IMG/VR virus record: IMGVR_UViG_3300037249_000709
Coordinates: 64,001 to 128,000 of that record
Reading direction: 5' to 3' (one strand)
Length of the DNA: 64,000 nt
DNA from: a virus
Lineage: Duplodnaviria > Caudoviricetes
Numbering within the stretch: position 1 is the stretch's first letter; each line of letters begins with the position of its first letter. The position numbers and the translations under genes are program-made. The notes beneath the pieces are model-generated. The model was not told the DNA's origin. It searched no databases and saw only the letters and a list, made by a program, of their open reading frames with translations. Of this stretch, positions 62,301 to 64,000 are shown in pieces.

Positions 62301-64000
62301 TCAAAACAAATAACGCATCAGACTCTGATGTTGAGTCGGGTGAAGGTGAGGGGACTGAAACGATTGCAGCAACCAATACCTATCTCTATATGCCCTATTC
62401 AGAAGAAGATATCATCGAGATGGACATCAATATTGACGTTCTTGATAGAGAGGATGAAACAGCGAAAGCGTTTGTAATGGCATATGAAGATGGTGTTCCA
62501 AGTAAAGCATATGTATATGATAGTGGAGACAGATTTTATCAGTACACGCCACAAGATATGGTTATCGGTTCTGATTATTGTGATGTTAGAATTTACCGTT
62601 TAAAAATCTATTCTACTTCTCTAACAACAAACGGTATTATGAGAAACTTCATTGCAGATTCGCGCAACTCTGATACTATGTTAGCAAGGTATGACCGCAA
62701 TGCAATCTACTATAACAGAGAAACAAACAAGTACACACCTTATAGTGGAGAAGGTAACCTTGACCCCGAAAAACTTGCTCCAATCATCCCCAATGTAAAG
62801 ATATTAATGTTGGACACAGACCACTTTACAACCTCTAAAAAGACATTTGTGAAATCGAGTCTTAGATGTATTCACGCATCTGGTGGTACAATTTATGAGG
62901 GCGACCCATATTATGATAACTGGTTTTTTGAAAAGGGCTTTCATAGCGGACAAGGAACTACTTCGGATAACTATGGTAATGCTGGTAGAAATGTTGACTT
63001 CTTATTTAACTGTGATGGTGTACATAAACCGAGTGATAAAGTTGCTGCCGAAGCGGGTTATATATCACAGGTTACTCTGGGTTATAACACTGAAAACGCA
63101 GTTACAGAAACCGTTACCGACTGGAAGGGTAATGCAGGCAAGATTGCACTTACAAGGACTTCTGTTCCAAATAACTTCTTTAATCTAAAAGTAAATATTG
63201 CTTCGAGTGAGAACGTAAATAACGCGCTATTACAAAAGAGATATAATGACTATCTTCCCTATATCTCACCCGCAAAAAGTAGAGACTCAAAAGTAAAGAA
63301 TGACATGGAATTTGTTCCTGCAATTCTTTTCATAAGAGAAAATAATCCCGACATTTCTACTCATAATGAGTTTTTAGATACAGAATGGCATTTCTATGCA
63401 CTCGGTAACATAGGGGACAGCAAGAAAACTGACTATACCCGTGCATATGACCCGACCGATATGAATGAATTTACCATTGAGATTTCGGATAACACGAAAA
63501 ACAATGCAACATTTCAGACCGGCGTATATCTCGATGAACATGGAGATAGACAAGTTGAAAGATTCACTATAACTGAGTCCGAGGATGACGGAGAAATAAT
63601 ATACACGCCTGTTTCTATAGACAGACCTTCATCGTTTGTTTATCCCATTACAGAAGCCGAATGGAATAATGAAAACAATATGCGTCACTGGGCAATCTAT
63701 AATGAGGCATTTGATGGCGACCATTCGTTTGAACCCAGATATGCTTGTTGTGGTGATTATCGAGATGGCAAGCTGGTCAATGACACTTCTGGTCGTGGTA
63801 AAGCACAGGTCAAAATCAATAATGATGTGTGGAGAGCTTTTTATCGTTGGGTTATTACGTCAACAGACCAAGAGTTCGTAGATGAATTAGACCAGTGGGT
63901 AGTACGCAGTGCGGCTGAATTTTTTTATGCTTACACGCATATGTACACTATGATGGATAATAGAGCAAAAAATACCTTTTGGCATTTCGCTAAGACAGGA
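59339..64000 (+). CDS. giant protein (>1554 aa, truncated by window): BppU-like N-terminus, fibre repeats, CotH-kinase-like region
   Basis: AGGAGG RBS and ATG 59339; frame spot-checked open to the window end; GQGTTS, LKVNIASSE and DNRAKN motifs. Confidence 0.75.
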   Translation, partial: MDILVDVVNQRLHTATSLTKFIAGTQEFIRFVFNLDSDWENLLTFAQFTQNGESYNQLLDEDKGAYLPPEISVGTCTLTLYGSYENKRATTDYLTLEISENNFTADANSTEITLSLYEQLATEVHSLSTWKNQFRADYSEADSALQQQINTKANQADLQSEISTARAAEQANASALLLKADKSKVAELESKVDQLANNEVVASAIQESVQQEIADYISNGTLANMSIADGSITRSKVDSNFEATLQKADSALQDSDASDIRAYAKGQVDLVADDLSNLQTEVQGAYRLDSTHIYANLGDAVRGAITISETDSNAYARQLLRDYKAFTVTIVDELPQIGESMTFYLVPKNSGAGYDKYWWITDATTGLSKWDVFGSSTTQVVTTLPQAGDSDVDYILRTNSGCLFYKWIDGVWQVVAGSIAKVSSSLPATGDEYTDYYVLNESGVYVHYRFINGQFHSIGTETYTSDELDTLLAGISDRIDGVAADVQTNQTNISSLSRTVDRVASDLDNLDVEGYTYSAAISQNDQSAYVFTLTETKDNVDTIKSQFVLPSGGGGGGAVSTTTLTVEKITQSPLIITTTDSAIIEIDYSSLDGDGETVDGTYSWKSGNTVIMSGALTQGRNIFDLSEFCSIGTQKFTLIITDEGGSTNVKTWTIQKVDVRIESAFNDRYTTAIGRNVAFTYTPYGAVNKTIHFKIDGVETTETTSASGTLQSHTITAQEHGSHLLEVWATATINSVPIETSHIYKDIIWYNPDKDDNGDYQEAVIGCIYRYDYYGNVTARQYDTTSIIYNVYDPTTNYPTVRRYVDNVLVGTETLSTAQNTWNFKSDDIGLHTLRIVCRNTSVTIKVNVTELGIDVNPITGGLEVDFNPTGITNSSNNRLWSNENYAMTVSQNFDWANGGYRTDENGDTYFLIKAGTRAILNYKMFSGGIDGNPSVVGGEIKIVFMTENVQDANATWFTNVETTTAEVDGNVVTTNMGIQMNVHEGWLKTNNASDSDVESGEGEGTETIAATNTYLYMPYSEEDIIEMDINIDVLDREDETAKAFVMAYEDGVPSKAYVYDSGDRFYQYTPQDMVIGSDYCDVRIYRLKIYSTSLTTNGIMRNFIADSRNSDTMLARYDRNAIYYNRETNKYTPYSGEGNLDPEKLAPIIPNVKILMLDTDHFTTSKKTFVKSSLRCIHASGGTIYEGDPYYDNWFFEKGFHSGQGTTSDNYGNAGRNVDFLFNCDGVHKPSDKVAAEAGYISQVTLGYNTENAVTETVTDWKGNAGKIALTRTSVPNNFFNLKVNIASSENVNNALLQKRYNDYLPYISPAKSRDSKVKNDMEFVPAILFIRENNPDISTHNEFLDTEWHFYALGNIGDSKKTDYTRAYDPTDMNEFTIEISDNTKNNATFQTGVYLDEHGDRQVERFTITESEDDGEIIYTPVSIDRPSSFVYPITEAEWNNENNMRHWAIYNEAFDGDHSFEPRYACCGDYRDGKLVNDTSGRGKAQVKINNDVWRAFYRWVITSTDQEFVDELDQWVVRSAAEFFYAYTHMYTMMDNRAKNTFWHFAKTG

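Noticed and set aside
60018-63881. Short ORF-track ORFs at the right end
   Set aside because: They are shadows of the long frame starting at 59339, which the track omits, probably because it has no stop in the window

Overview
The window is 64 kb of a large AT-rich tailed phage or prophage of a Firmicute. A dockerin module points to a Ruminococcus/Clostridia-type host. Gene order resembles the yon/yom late cluster of Bacillus phage SPbeta. 1-6.4 kb: small minus-strand early/accessory genes behind consensus sigma-A promoters (GGCT, ArdC-N-like, DUF6927-like, SAM-lyase/DUF3574-like). 6.4-10.9 kb: mostly non-coding, with a ~1.8 kb array of about 37 TTTTGAAAAA/TTTTTCAAAA boxes at a 46-47 bp pitch in both orientations, an isolated amidoligase gene, operator-like palindromes and a duplicated AT-rich hairpin unit. 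10.9-64 kb (plus strand): YonO-like single-subunit RNA polymerase, GIY-YIG nuclease, beta-CASP nuclease, ClpP, phosphoesterase, HU, terminase, portal, head and tail genes, RecU, tyrosine recombinase, tape measure protein (TMP), Dit, tail spike, lysis genes, and a >1550-codon ORF that runs off the end and is missing from the ORF track. Main finding: the TMP gene is split by two group I introns whose splice sites can be read from P1/P10 pairing (39564-40871 and 41446-43000), giving one 3198-aa frame. Intron 1 carries a frameshifted endonuclease. Intron 2 has no endonuclease or transposase. It instead carries about 1 kb of accessory genes between its catalytic core and 3' splice site, including a complete antisense promoter-gene-terminator cassette, so it looks like a self-splicing safe harbour for morons inside an essential gene. 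All family assignments come from motif recognition by eye; no searches were run.
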